From: a bacterium | GTDB lineage: Bacteria; Planctomycetota; Planctomycetia; Pirellulales; Pirellulaceae | Length of the DNA: 64,000 bases | NCBI GenBank assembly: GCA_024743355.1 | Contig: JANSWS010000002.1 | Location: 2,475-66,474, forward strand | Direction of reading: 5' to 3' | Notes under the pieces: generated by a model | The model's input: the letters and a program-made list of their open reading frames with translations, nothing else | Databases searched by the model: none | Told to the model about the DNA's origin: nothing | Shown: positions 48,171 through 57,130 of the stretch, piece after piece | How the letters are laid out: each line of letters begins with the position of its first letter | Position numbering within the stretch: position 1 is the stretch's first letter | Program-made: the position numbers and the translations under genes

Positions 48171-48680
48171 CTACGCGAGCAGGCTGGGGTCCACTTCGAA
48201 GGGTTCCAGCTCCATCGCATAGAACGCATCGCAGCCCGAATGCCCGGTGTTTCCCAAGCATTGCTGCAAGCGGCTGAAGCCAAGTTTCTGGTATAGCTGG
48301 CGGGCCACCTGCATTCTTTCCAGTGTTTCGACGTATGCACGTCGATAACCCAAGCGTCTGGCATCCAGCAGCAGCGTTTCGCCCAGTAGTCGGCCCAAAC
48401 CTTGCCCGCGGGCCGAGGGCAGGAAGTACATCTTTTGCAGTTCGCAAACTTCTTGTGGGCTGCCCTTCAGCTGAGCAAGTCCGCCGCATCCAACGATGTT
48501 TGCACCTTGTTGCAAGACGTAGAACACAGAGCGGTCGTCCGTGTAGGCCTCATACATCGCATCCACTTCGGGGTCTTCGATGGAGTAGCCCGGTCCGACC
48601 GCACCAAACTCGGTCATCACCGCTCGGATAATGGTGGCCACGCAAGCGTTATCTTCGGGCTGGATTTTTCGCAGCAGCAA
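48171..48680 (-). CDS. GNAT family N-acetyltransferase
   Basis: ELQKMYFLPSARGQGLG, YVETL and ARQLYQKLGF motifs. Confidence 0.93.
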   Translation of the reverse strand: MLLRKIQPEDNACVATIIRAVMTEFGAVGPGYSIEDPEVDAMYEAYTDDRSVFYVLQQGANIVGCGGLAQLKGSPQEVCELQKMYFLPSARGQGLGRLLGETLLLDARRLGYRRAYVETLERMQVARQLYQKLGFSRLQQCLGNTGHSGCDAFYAMELEPFEVDPSLLA

Positions 48681-48747
48681 GTGATCTCAATTCCATGTCA
48701 AACAGATCGTATCCCAAATTTGTCCCTAGTTTGTGCTCTGGGAGGGT

Positions 48748-50172
48748 TTATAGGCTGGACGACATAGCAACTTTCTCGCCTGCTGCTCCGCTTGGCTGAC
48801 CGGGCGTGTCGGGATCGGGTTCCGGCACGTATAGGGAGCGAACGAAATTGATCAGATCCCAAATCTGTTGCGGTTCCAGTTCCGCAGCCGGCATGGGCGA
48901 ACCCTCGATACCCAGCGAGATCCGGCGGTACAACTGCTCCGGTTCGCTGCCTCCGCGGAAAACACCTTCGCTGAAGTTTCGCGGGATAGCCTTCCGCACG
49001 GGCAGTGCCCCGCGGGCGATCAGCGGAATATGGGCTTCTTCGTCGGTCGGATCGACTCCGAATTTCTTGGTCCAATCCTTCGCCCACTCGTCGTAATCAT
49101 CGGTCTGTCCATCTCCCTTGCCTTCTTTCCCGTGGCATTTGGAGCAAGCAGCCTTTTCGCCCAAGAACAATTTTTTTCCTCGCGCGACGGATTCCTTAAC
49201 CGGGGATGACTCACTGGATTGCATGGCTGCCAAAACCTCTTCCGCCGTGTCGGGTACCACAGTGGCATCCCGCTCCGGAACGTCTTTCACCTCATCCGGG
49301 GCTTCCAGCCAGTTGTCAGCGACGTCCAGCACGAACTCTTGCAGCAAGTCCCATTGATCTGCAAACAGCTCTTGCTGTTCTTCACTGCCATTTTTCAGTG
49401 ACGGATCATAAAGCGATTCTGGATTTTCCGCATCGGTGAAATCCAATTCTCCGGCCTCGAACAACAGGCTGCGTTCGACTTCTCCTCTCCAGGAGAGATA
49501 GATCACGTAGTCGACCAAAGCATCAATGTCCGCGTCGGTCAATTCAGGGATCTTGACCATCGTCGTACCCGTGATGCCGTGCTGGATCAAATAGCTGATG
49601 TCTTGCTTGGTTGGTTTGGTGCCGATGGGGGTGCTTTTGAATTTGAAGCGTCCGAGGCGAAAATCTCGTGGATAGGGGTCAACCAACGCTGCCGTGGGTC
49701 CGCGACCGTTGCCGGTTACTCCGTGACAAGTGACGCAGTGCTTGCGAAAGAGTCCTCGCTCGCTCGCATCCGCCGGGCCGGATGCTTTGATGAGATGATC
49801 CATGCTGATTAACTGAGCGTACTCATCGTCCTCGGATACGAACTCAGGCAGTTTGGGCTCATCAGGGGTTCCAAACAGATCCTGCAGAGCTTGCTGAGTC
49901 TGGGACATGGCCAAATCCATGGGTTGTTCCGAACGTTGGCCAACGTTGTAGGCGAATACCCAGTTCGGCTCAAACTCTGCAACCACCGGTCCTTCTTCGG
50001 CACAACCGCAAAGCAGAACCAATCCCAGCAAAGCAAAACCTAGCAATCTTTTCACGGCTACGATCCTAAACGGTGACATGCAAACCTGCGTCTTGTTCAT
50101 TATAAGTCTATCCAGGACGGATTGTGTTTTATTGAATTCAACGTTCTGTCGAGAGGTTCCGTCTGGGGCCAA
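48748..50172 (-). CDS. Diheme cytochrome c, probable lipoprotein (paralog B)
   Basis: CVTCH and CSKCH. PYPRDFRLGRFKFKSTP and GIEGSPMP motifs. Lipobox-like LCGC. Start may be 50100. Confidence 0.87.
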   Translation of the reverse strand: MAPDGTSRQNVEFNKTQSVLDRLIMNKTQVCMSPFRIVAVKRLLGFALLGLVLLCGCAEEGPVVAEFEPNWVFAYNVGQRSEQPMDLAMSQTQQALQDLFGTPDEPKLPEFVSEDDEYAQLISMDHLIKASGPADASERGLFRKHCVTCHGVTGNGRGPTAALVDPYPRDFRLGRFKFKSTPIGTKPTKQDISYLIQHGITGTTMVKIPELTDADIDALVDYVIYLSWRGEVERSLLFEAGELDFTDAENPESLYDPSLKNGSEEQQELFADQWDLLQEFVLDVADNWLEAPDEVKDVPERDATVVPDTAEEVLAAMQSSESSPVKESVARGKKLFLGEKAACSKCHGKEGKGDGQTDDYDEWAKDWTKKFGVDPTDEEAHIPLIARGALPVRKAIPRNFSEGVFRGGSEPEQLYRRISLGIEGSPMPAAELEPQQIWDLINFVRSLYVPEPDPDTPGQPSGAAGEKVAMSSSL

Positions 50173-50175
50173 TGT

Positions 50176-51600
50176 TTACTGCAGTTCCAAGTCTGTGCGG
50201 CCCGCAGGCAAGTCAAAACAGCTGATGCATCGGTCTTCCGACTGGAAAAAACAACCTGGTTGTAAAGCTGTCAGTGATCGAACCGGACGCAGGGAGATCT
50301 TCTCAACTGAGTCGGATTGACGAGGTTCTGGATGGCCAGATTGGGTCACAACGACTTTTGAGAAACGGCCGGGCAGGCTCAGGGTGAAAGCTGGGCAAGC
50401 GAAGGGAGCCGCCAACTGCACTGCATTGTTGGTCGCCGAGATCCGCGTCAGCTCCTTGGCAGCCCAGTAACGAGCGATCTCGCTGACTTTCATCCACAGC
50501 GTTTGATTGGCAAACCGCTTCTCCAACGCGATCACAACTTCTTGAAAATCGTGAAAACCCTCCTTGCTGCCTCCGCAATACATTCCGGGCCAGTGACAGA
50601 GCATAATGGCTGGCTGTCGTTTTTCGATCAGCTCGACCATGCGACCACTTGTCGCATCTTCGTTGCTGTAGAGCGAGCCACGACTTTCTTCGGCGCCATC
50701 CCAGCCACCAAACCAATCTCCGGTTCCTGCCAGCACATTCATCACCAGATCGGGTGTGCCGCCGTCTCTGGCGTGGAAGGCTTCTACGCGTGGATGCGGA
50801 TCTTCGTCGCCTTCGGCGATGTATTTGAAATAGTGCGGCAAATCGACTGAGTACACGTCGCGGACCGCCTCGAGAACTGCGTGAGGCAGTTTGTCTTTGA
50901 CGCGACTTCCGAATCCGCCTGGCGTGGTGATGCCTTCGCAAGGCAGGTCGCAGTTCTTGAGGATTCGCAATGCGTAGGCCAGGTAGCTGGCCAGATAATC
51001 CACACTGACATCTTGCTGGGGATACGAATTCTCCATCCGCGCTGGCGAATAATCCTGGAAAGGTCGCCCTGTTTTCAGATCGATGACACGCGTGTGCGTG
51101 ATCATCTCAGGATGGATATCCCAATTCGGCAACATTAGCTTCTGCACGAGCTGAATGCTCTCGCGTAGTTGCTGTTGTGACCAGCCGGGCAAGACCCGGT
51201 CGAGCCATCCGACACAGGCCGGGTAAGGGACGATACTGTATTTCCCCTTCACACCGTGTTCGGCGCACCACTCGCCGAATTCTCGCACGAAGCTGTCTGG
51301 GATTTCATCTGGCCATTCCTGCCATGGCTTTTGGTAATCCGCTCGCTGCGGGTAAGTGGCGGCGAACTGGGGCATGCAGAACTTGCCCATGTTCACCAAG
51401 CAGGTCGAGTCATCAATAATGAAGGACAGCGGAACGCGGCCACGAGGTAACTCCACTTGGATGCCCGTGGAATTCGGATCTTGCTGCGGGGCCTTGGGAG
51501 ATGGACCGGCCCAGCTCGTTAGGGGACTTATAGACTGGTGGATCGCCAAGCCACCTGCGGCCATCGCAAATGTCCTGCGATTGAAATTGCGGTTGGTCAT
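50176..51600 (-). CDS. Tat-exported hypothetical protein, possible NodB/deacetylase-like barrel
   Basis: NRRTFA Tat signal, FIIDDS, GKYSIVP, HPEMITH and GITTPGG motifs. Start refined to 51600. Confidence 0.65.
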   Translation of the reverse strand: MTNRNFNRRTFAMAAGGLAIHQSISPLTSWAGPSPKAPQQDPNSTGIQVELPRGRVPLSFIIDDSTCLVNMGKFCMPQFAATYPQRADYQKPWQEWPDEIPDSFVREFGEWCAEHGVKGKYSIVPYPACVGWLDRVLPGWSQQQLRESIQLVQKLMLPNWDIHPEMITHTRVIDLKTGRPFQDYSPARMENSYPQQDVSVDYLASYLAYALRILKNCDLPCEGITTPGGFGSRVKDKLPHAVLEAVRDVYSVDLPHYFKYIAEGDEDPHPRVEAFHARDGGTPDLVMNVLAGTGDWFGGWDGAEESRGSLYSNEDATSGRMVELIEKRQPAIMLCHWPGMYCGGSKEGFHDFQEVVIALEKRFANQTLWMKVSEIARYWAAKELTRISATNNAVQLAAPFACPAFTLSLPGRFSKVVVTQSGHPEPRQSDSVEKISLRPVRSLTALQPGCFFQSEDRCISCFDLPAGRTDLELQ

Positions 51601-51649
51601 AACTAATTGCCTCGTAACTCGTTGGATACCATCAGAAAGCATAACAAAA

Positions 51650-52453
51650 GTGGCCGGTGTTTTCTCACTTCTCATTGCACTGACGATCTCGCTGATCGTT
51701 ACTCGGGTCGCAACTCTGGCATTAATGTTTACGGGCTTGTCACGGGAGGCCGCAAGATTCCAGGCACGCTCGGCCTTTTCGGGCTGCGGCTACACCACCC
51801 GCGAGGCGGAAAGTATCGTCAATCACCCGGTTCGCAGGCGGATCGTGATGCTGTTGATGTTGCTGGGCAATATTGGCATCGCGACCGTCATTGCCACGGT
51901 CATCATATCGATTAGTTCTGCCGGAGGTTCGAGTTGGAAGTATCAGCTGGCGATGCTGTCCATACTGACCTTGGGCGTTATCGCGCTGTTCCTATTAGCA
52001 TCCAGTCATGGAATCGAACGGTATTTGAATCGGCTATTTGCCTTTGCACTGCAGCGACTGACCGATCTTGAAGTTCGCGATTACCAGGCTCTGTTGCAAT
52101 TGGCCGATGGATACGCGGTGTCCGAAATGCTTGTCGAGGACCGTCATTGGCTGACCCAGGCTCCGTTGAGGGAGCTGAAGCTATCTGACGAGGGCATTTT
52201 GGTGCTGGGGATTCATCGGGCGGAGGCTGGCTACACCGGTATTCCTGGCGCCGACGATGTGATTCAAGAGGGAGATACCATCATCGTCTACGGCCGACTG
52301 GAGAATATTCGCTGCTTGGATCGAAGACGGACGGGAGCGCGTGGAGATCGCGAGCATCGCCAGCAAGTTCTCGAGCAGGAAGCTCAGTCGTCAGCTGTGC
52401 CTGAAAGCTCGGATGCTATGGAAGCTGGGACCGCCAAGTCGCAAGGTCCTTGA
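51650..52453 (+). CDS. TrkA-C (RCK_C) domain membrane protein
   Basis: TGLSREAARFQARSAFSGCGYTTRE pore-like motif and EGILVLGIHR RCK_C. GTG start inferred (track start 51356). Confidence 0.85.
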   Translation: MAGVFSLLIALTISLIVTRVATLALMFTGLSREAARFQARSAFSGCGYTTREAESIVNHPVRRRIVMLLMLLGNIGIATVIATVIISISSAGGSSWKYQLAMLSILTLGVIALFLLASSHGIERYLNRLFAFALQRLTDLEVRDYQALLQLADGYAVSEMLVEDRHWLTQAPLRELKLSDEGILVLGIHRAEAGYTGIPGADDVIQEGDTIIVYGRLENIRCLDRRRTGARGDREHRQQVLEQEAQSSAVPESSDAMEAGTAKSQGP

Positions 52454-52627
52454 GAAAGACGCGCGGGCGGACTGCCGCGGCCCGACCAAGGTAGCTGGAA
52501 GCGAGCAGCGGAACGCATCCGCCCTGTCGCAGGTTGCTTGTCTGCCGTCGTCGATGCAAATTCACAATCGCTTTCGCAGGCTCTTCGCGGTGTAGCCAAA
52601 GTCGCGAACTCCGTGCATGATAGACAC

Positions 52628-54682
52628 ATGAATAACCCCCAAAAAACAAGCTCGGGCTCGGCTGGCGATGCCCTGCCATCTTTCGCTTCCGACTCGGATT
52701 CCTTTGTTCGTGTCACCGCGGCAACGCATCCGGTTGAAGTCGGGAATCCCATGGCCAATTCCGATTTTGCCATGGAATCGCTGCGCCGGCATCGGGACAG
52801 TCAGGTCGTCGTGTTCGGTGAGCTCTCCTTGAGTGGTTATTCGTGTGGAGATTTATTCGCACAGGATTGCTTGTTGGAAGCGGTGCTGAAAGTTCTGGCA
52901 AGGATGGCCGACGCCACGCGAGCGAGCGGCCAGCTGGTTGTGGTTGGACTGCCGTTACAGGTGGATGGCAAGCTCTTTAACGTCGCGGCTGCTATTTTTG
53001 ACGGCCAGGTGCGAGCCATTGTGCCTAAGCAATACGTGCCGAACTACCAAGAATTTTACGAAGCCCGCTGGTTTCACCCGGCCACTGGAGACGAACCTGC
53101 ATCGGTCTGCTTGGAAGGCTTGGGCAACATCCCTTTTGGGATCGATTTGCTGGTTCAATGGGGCGGCTTAATCGTGGGGATCGAGATTTGCGAAGACCTG
53201 TGGATGCCGCTGCCTCCCAGCAGCTGGCAGTCGGCAGGCGGCGCGAACCTGCTGCTAAATCTTTCGGCCAGCAATGAGCTAATCGGTAAGCCCGAGTGGC
53301 GCGAATTGCTTGTCCGCAGCCAGTCGGGACGCTGTCTTGCCGCCTACGCATATGCTTCCGCTGGCCCCAGCGAATCCACCACTGACGTGGTCTTTGGAGG
53401 TCACTGTATGGTCGCCGAGAACGGCAGCCTGATTGCCGAATCAAAGCGGATCGGCCACGCCGGCTGCACCTGGCTGGAGCATGCCGATGCGACCGCCGAT
53501 ATCGACTTGCAGAAACTGCGGCACGATCGACGGATCACCAATAGCTGGCAACTGGCTTGTGATCGAGCGACCAAGCCCTTTCGCCGTGTTGTCCTGAAAG
53601 CAGCAAGAACCTGCGATGGCAGTCGTCGTCGCGTGTCAGCGCATCCCTTTGTGCCCGAACCCGGTCCAGCTTTGGAGCGGCGGTGCTCGGAAATCTTTGG
53701 GATTCAATGTGCCGCGTTGAGCAAACGCGTACAGCGTCTGCCGGCGGAGTTGCCGCTGTACATCGGAATTTCAGGCGGCTTGGACAGCACCTTGGCCTTG
53801 CTGGTGGCGGTCAAGACCTGTGTCCAAAATGATTGGCCGACCTCCCGCATTCACGGGATTACCATGCCGGGGTTTGGAACCACGGAAAAAACACTCAACT
53901 CGGCCCGTGAACTGATGCAATTGCTACACGTGAGTGCGTCGGAAATCGACATCCGCGGGCTGTGTTTTCAGACCTTTTTGGCGATGGGACATCGTCCTTT
54001 TGGCATCGATATCCAGCCTGGCGCCATGACTGATTTCCTGGAGGCGGTGCAGGCCCTGCCCAAGCAGCAGCGAAAGGATCTAATTTTCGAGAATGTACAA
54101 GCCCGAATGCGAACGATGCTATTGATGAACAGCGGATTCGTTCTGGGGACGGGCGATCTTTCCGAACAAGCGTTGGGCTGGAGTACGTACAACGGCGACC
54201 ATATGTCGATGTACAACGTGAATACTTCCATTCCAAAGACGTTGGTGAAATTTCTGGTTGAGTATGTCGCCCTGAACGAGTACGAAGGCGACGCCCGGGC
54301 TTGTTTGTTGGGGATTTTGGAAACCCCCATCTCGCCGGAATTGTTGCCAACGGGTGCGGCTGGACAGATTGAGCAGCATACCGAACAGGTGCTCGGTCCC
54401 TACGAATTGCACGACTTTTTTCTTTATCATCTGATCCGCCACGGCACGCAGCCATCAAGAATTCTGCGGCTTGCATCGTTGGCGAAGTTTTCCCAGGATT
54501 ATTCGCATGACTTCATGCGAGCTACCCTGCGGACTTTCCTGAAGCGATTCTTTGCCAACCAATTCAAACGTTCGTGCGTGCCCGATGGACCTAAGGTGGG
54601 TAGCGTCAGCCTCTCGCCTCGGGGAGATTGGCGAATGCCAAGCGATGCTGAGGTTTCAGCCTGGTTGGAAGACCTCGAGTAG
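52628..54682 (+). CDS. nadE: Glutamine-dependent NAD(+) synthetase
   Basis: Nitrilase-type E/K/C motifs (GELSLSGY, PKQYVPNY, EICEDLW), GISGGLDST, ENVQARMRT and SPRGDWRMPSD. Track start 52538. Confidence 0.96.
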   Translation: MNNPQKTSSGSAGDALPSFASDSDSFVRVTAATHPVEVGNPMANSDFAMESLRRHRDSQVVVFGELSLSGYSCGDLFAQDCLLEAVLKVLARMADATRASGQLVVVGLPLQVDGKLFNVAAAIFDGQVRAIVPKQYVPNYQEFYEARWFHPATGDEPASVCLEGLGNIPFGIDLLVQWGGLIVGIEICEDLWMPLPPSSWQSAGGANLLLNLSASNELIGKPEWRELLVRSQSGRCLAAYAYASAGPSESTTDVVFGGHCMVAENGSLIAESKRIGHAGCTWLEHADATADIDLQKLRHDRRITNSWQLACDRATKPFRRVVLKAARTCDGSRRRVSAHPFVPEPGPALERRCSEIFGIQCAALSKRVQRLPAELPLYIGISGGLDSTLALLVAVKTCVQNDWPTSRIHGITMPGFGTTEKTLNSARELMQLLHVSASEIDIRGLCFQTFLAMGHRPFGIDIQPGAMTDFLEAVQALPKQQRKDLIFENVQARMRTMLLMNSGFVLGTGDLSEQALGWSTYNGDHMSMYNVNTSIPKTLVKFLVEYVALNEYEGDARACLLGILETPISPELLPTGAAGQIEQHTEQVLGPYELHDFFLYHLIRHGTQPSRILRLASLAKFSQDYSHDFMRATLRTFLKRFFANQFKRSCVPDGPKVGSVSLSPRGDWRMPSDAEVSAWLEDLE

Positions 54683-54759
54683 TCAGAACAGTGGGCCAAG
54701 AGCGACTACTCGCTGTGCGGATGGCCAGATGAGATCGGCGACGATTCTCAGATGGCGAG

Positions 54760-55263
54760 TTACATGTCGTAGATTTCGGGGTCTTCCTCGGGAGCTTCCG
54801 TCATGCGTCTCACGACACCCTTCAACTTGTTTTCGCCGGTGCCGAAGGGATCTTCATTTTCCAGAATGTCACCCAGGTCCTCCTCGATCTTATCCGGGTC
54901 TTCACCTGACTCCATGCGACGGATGGCTTCCTCCATTCCCTCGCCGAGATTCATCCCGGTGGTTTGCATCAGCTTGCGCATCATGTGGGCCATGGCCCTG
55001 GGATCTTCTTCGTCTGCCCCCTCCAGTTCACCGGCCATTTGCATCATGGCTTGTTCCATTTTCTCATCGTCGAAGTCCATGCCCTGAGGGCCCTGATCGT
55101 CCGTTTCGCCGCGCCCTTTTGAAATCGCGAATCGCGACATCTGGCGACTAAGCTTGTGTTTCCCCGATTTGGGACAACTCGGAACGGTTTGCGTGTCCAC
55201 CTTGCGCGATAAGAAGCTGTAGATCGTGTGACAGTCGCGGCAATAAAATTCGTAGATTGGCAA
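54760..55263 (-). CDS. FmdB-family zinc-ribbon protein
   Basis: MPIYEFYCRDC...CPKSG N-terminus with a Met/Glu-rich helical C-terminus. Confidence 0.85.
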   Translation of the reverse strand: MPIYEFYCRDCHTIYSFLSRKVDTQTVPSCPKSGKHKLSRQMSRFAISKGRGETDDQGPQGMDFDDEKMEQAMMQMAGELEGADEEDPRAMAHMMRKLMQTTGMNLGEGMEEAIRRMESGEDPDKIEEDLGDILENEDPFGTGENKLKGVVRRMTEAPEEDPEIYDM

Positions 55264-55353
55264 GATTGCGGCTCCATCAGCGAGCGTGATGACGAAACAG
55301 TTTCAATGCAGCCTGCCTAAGTTCGGTCAGCTCGGGCGCTGCGTGCGGGATGT

Positions 55354-57048
55354 TCACGGCTTACTCGATTCTTCTTCCGTCCCGGGAGCACTAGGGCTTC
55401 GCAGGCGTTGCAGCGACATGCCGCCACTCAGGTTGTGAACTCCCTGAAATCCTTTGCCTTGCAGCAAGCAGGCGGCGACATGGGCCCGCTTTCCGGAATG
55501 GCACACCGTCAACATGGGTTTGTCGTTCTGCAAATCATGCAATCGATCTGAAAGCTCGTCCAGAGGTATATGTGTTGCCCCTGGCAGGTGAGGGAGCCGC
55601 GAGAGTTCCGACGCGCTGCGGACATCCACAATCTGAAAATCGGAGAAGTCGGCGTCGAAGGCGGCTAAACGCGGGGCCATGGCAAGATCGTTTTGTGCCA
55701 CAAAAGCGGCCATGTGGATCGGGTCTTTGGCAGCCCCAAAGGGTGGCGCGTAGCACAAGTCTAGATTGGCCAAGTCGTCAATCGTGCCGCCCATGTGCAG
55801 CATCGTGGCCACTACATCGATGCGTTTGTCGATCCCTTCCGGGCCCACAGCTTGCGCCCCGAGCAGTTTACCGGAGGGTGCATACAGGATCTTCAGCGTC
55901 AAAAGTTGAGCCCCAGGGAAGTAACCGGCATGATGAGTAGCCTGGATTGTGGCCGTCCGGTATTCGATTCCAGATTGCCTGCAGGCCCGCTCATTGAGCC
56001 CGGTGCATGCGGCGGACAGCTCAAAGACCCGAACAATCGCAGTGCCTTGGACTTGTCCCAAAGGCTTGGCAGTACCACAGGCCGCATGGGCTCCTGCCAC
56101 ACGGCCAGCGCGGTTGGCAGGTCCGGCCAGAGGCATCAACGTCCGTGACTGCAAGGTACCGTGATAGTACTCGACCATGTCACCCACCGCATAAATCTTG
56201 GGGTCACTGGTCTGGCAATAATCGTTAATGAGCAGGCCACCAGATTGCCCCAGCTCCAGCCCCGCCTCACGGGCCAATTGAGTACGGGGACGTACTCCGG
56301 TTCCCGCAATCACCAAGTCCGTGGCTATTGTCTGACCGTCCGCCAATTCAACGGCGGAAGTTCGCTGATTATCCGTCAGCAGACGTTCCACGGAAGCGGA
56401 CAAATGCAGTTGCACACCGCGGGCGAGCAGTTCGTGTTCAACCAGCCTGGCCATTTCGCTGTCGAGAGGTGATAGCACCTGTGGCAGTCGTTCCACCAAA
56501 CTCACTTCGATTTCGCGCCGCTGAAGTTGTTCCACAACTTCCAGACCCACGAATCCCGCGCCTATTACCGTGGCTTTCTTGCAGGGGCGTCGTTGCATGT
56601 AGTCCAGGATGGCGTCCATGTCGTCCAGGGTCCAAAGCTGAAACACATTCTGGCCGCCATCCTCCATGAAGGGTGGCCGGTACGGCTCCGATCCTGTCGC
56701 CAGAATCAGCCGATCGTAAGGCAGTTTGAAATCCTTGCCCTCGCGTGTCCTCCCCGTAACGGTGCAAGCCTGTCGATCGATGTGCGTTACTTCGTGTCCG
56801 GTTTTGACGCGGATGCGAAATCGATTCCAGAAGAGCTCCGGGGTTGCGACAATCAACTTGTCTCGACTTTCGATTTCACCCCCCAGGTGATAGGGCAGTC
56901 CACAGTTGGCGAAAGAAACCGCCGGGCCTTTCTCGAGGACGGTGATTTCCGCGTCCGCATTGCAACGGCGAGCGCGGGCGGCGGCGGAGGCGCCGCCGGC
57001 GACACCTCCCACAATGACGATTCGCGGCGGATTCGGCAGGTCGATCAT
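55354..57048 (-). CDS. CoA-disulfide reductase-like FAD oxidoreductase fused to rhodanese
   Basis: GGVAGGASAA, SFANCGLPY, GAGFVGLE, YAVGD and YAPPFG motifs, then a C-terminal rhodanese CHSGKRA. Confidence 0.93.
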   Translation of the reverse strand: MIDLPNPPRIVIVGGVAGGASAAARARRCNADAEITVLEKGPAVSFANCGLPYHLGGEIESRDKLIVATPELFWNRFRIRVKTGHEVTHIDRQACTVTGRTREGKDFKLPYDRLILATGSEPYRPPFMEDGGQNVFQLWTLDDMDAILDYMQRRPCKKATVIGAGFVGLEVVEQLQRREIEVSLVERLPQVLSPLDSEMARLVEHELLARGVQLHLSASVERLLTDNQRTSAVELADGQTIATDLVIAGTGVRPRTQLAREAGLELGQSGGLLINDYCQTSDPKIYAVGDMVEYYHGTLQSRTLMPLAGPANRAGRVAGAHAACGTAKPLGQVQGTAIVRVFELSAACTGLNERACRQSGIEYRTATIQATHHAGYFPGAQLLTLKILYAPSGKLLGAQAVGPEGIDKRIDVVATMLHMGGTIDDLANLDLCYAPPFGAAKDPIHMAAFVAQNDLAMAPRLAAFDADFSDFQIVDVRSASELSRLPHLPGATHIPLDELSDRLHDLQNDKPMLTVCHSGKRAHVAACLLQGKGFQGVHNLSGGMSLQRLRSPSAPGTEEESSKP

Positions 57049-57064
57049 GATTCAGGTTCCGGCA

Positions 57065-57121
57065 GGTTGTATTTACAAGATGAGGTTGTGTTTACAAGAA
57101 GCGGGTGTGTTCACAAGATGA
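57065..57121. repeat. Three tandem imperfect 19-bp operator-like repeats
   Basis: GGTTGTATTTACAAGATGA / GGTTGTGTTTACAAGAAGC / GGGTGTGTTCACAAGATGA, each with a TTGT-N4-ACAA-type dyad. Confidence 0.75.
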
Positions 57122-57130
57122 AAGTTCCTC

